Positions 62,351 through 64,000 of a stretch of 64,000 nt of DNA are shown one piece after another. The DNA lies in assembly GCA_015063795.1 (NCBI GenBank), contig SVTL01000001.1:111614-175613 (forward strand), read 5' to 3'. Origin of the DNA: Oscillospiraceae bacterium. GTDB lineage: Bacteria; Bacillota; Clostridia; Oscillospirales; CAG-272. Position 1 is the stretch's first letter; each line of letters opens with the position of its first letter. The position numbers were made by a program, and so were the translations under genes. A model generated the notes under the pieces. That model searched no databases. It saw only the letters and a program-made list of their open reading frames with translations, and had not been told where the DNA came from.

Positions 62351-62587
62351 TTATTCGTTGTCCTCGGCGATCTCGGACAGGTAATTGACCACGTCGCCGA
62401 CGGTGACAAACTTGTGGATATCGTCGTCTTTGATCTCGATGCCGAACGTACTCTCGCAGAGCTCGATCAGCTCATACAGCTCCAGAGAATTGATGCCGAG
62501 ATCGTTGACCAGCTCGGCGTCGAGCGTGATGTCCGATTCGTTGGTGCCGAGGTTTTCAACCAGCATGGCTTTGACTTTTTCAAACAT
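62351..62587 (-). CDS. Acyl carrier protein (stand-alone)
   Basis: The start is placed at the ATG at 62587, giving 78 aa. MFEKVKAMLVENLG...LVNDLGINSLELYELIELCESTFGIEI contains the ACP Ser motif (helix II). Confidence 0.8.
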   Translation of the reverse strand: MFEKVKAMLVENLGTNESDITLDAELVNDLGINSLELYELIELCESTFGIEIKDDDIHKFVTVGDVVNYLSEIAEDNE

Positions 62588-62765
62588 AGCTTTCTTACTT
62601 AACCTTTCTGAATTTGATCCGTAATGGTTGGCTCGCGGCGGAGAGTTCATAAGAATGCCGCGGTCAAAAGGATGCGTTTTTTCGTGTTTTTTTGCCGAAA
62701 ATGAGAATCCGGCTTCAAAATACTTGAAAAACAAACAAAGATATGGTATTATTATAACAGCATAA

Positions 62766-64000
<1,235 letters not shown>

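Overview
The window looks like a chromosomal segment from a moderately GC-rich Gram-positive anaerobe, probably a Clostridia-type Firmicute. This is inferred from GGAGG ribosome-binding sites, lipoboxes, sigma-A-like promoters and gene content. It has four blocks. (1) Positions 1-35559 hold a co-directional minus-strand array of 15 paralogous exported proteins. Eight are large signal-peptide proteins; one is cut by the left edge and absent from the ORF track. Seven are small lipoproteins. All share a C-terminal module with an invariant Cys...His...(Glu/Asp)-Gln pattern plus a terminal beta-rich domain. The large members add one or two beta-helix-like modules and Ig-like segments. I cannot assign this module to a named family, and it is my lead candidate for an undescribed system. 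(2) Positions 35.8-40.1 kb carry housekeeping-type genes: an iron-type alcohol dehydrogenase, tRNA-Leu(CAG) and an alpha/beta hydrolase. (3) Positions 40.2-51.4 kb are more AT-rich and carry a RiPP-like maturation cluster. It contains an ArsR-type regulator, an ACP with an FkbH-like loader, an XRE regulator, an HPr-kinase-like protein, an S24/S26 peptidase fused to PqqD, a radical SAM/SPASM enzyme, two ABC exporters and a nucleotidyltransferase. No precursor peptide is evident. (4) Positions 51.5-59.6 kb carry a Sec-dependent RHS/YD-repeat polymorphic toxin with an HExxH zincin C-terminal tip. It is followed by a lipoprotein that is a degenerate copy of the array's C-terminal module lacking the conserved His, a possible immunity or decoy protein. 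The right end holds an nrdG-like activase preceded by only a 3' remnant of nrdD, an MFS transporter, a NERD-domain protein, a stand-alone ACP and the 5' part of ligA. Many long plus-strand ORFs opposite the array are mirror-frame artefacts.
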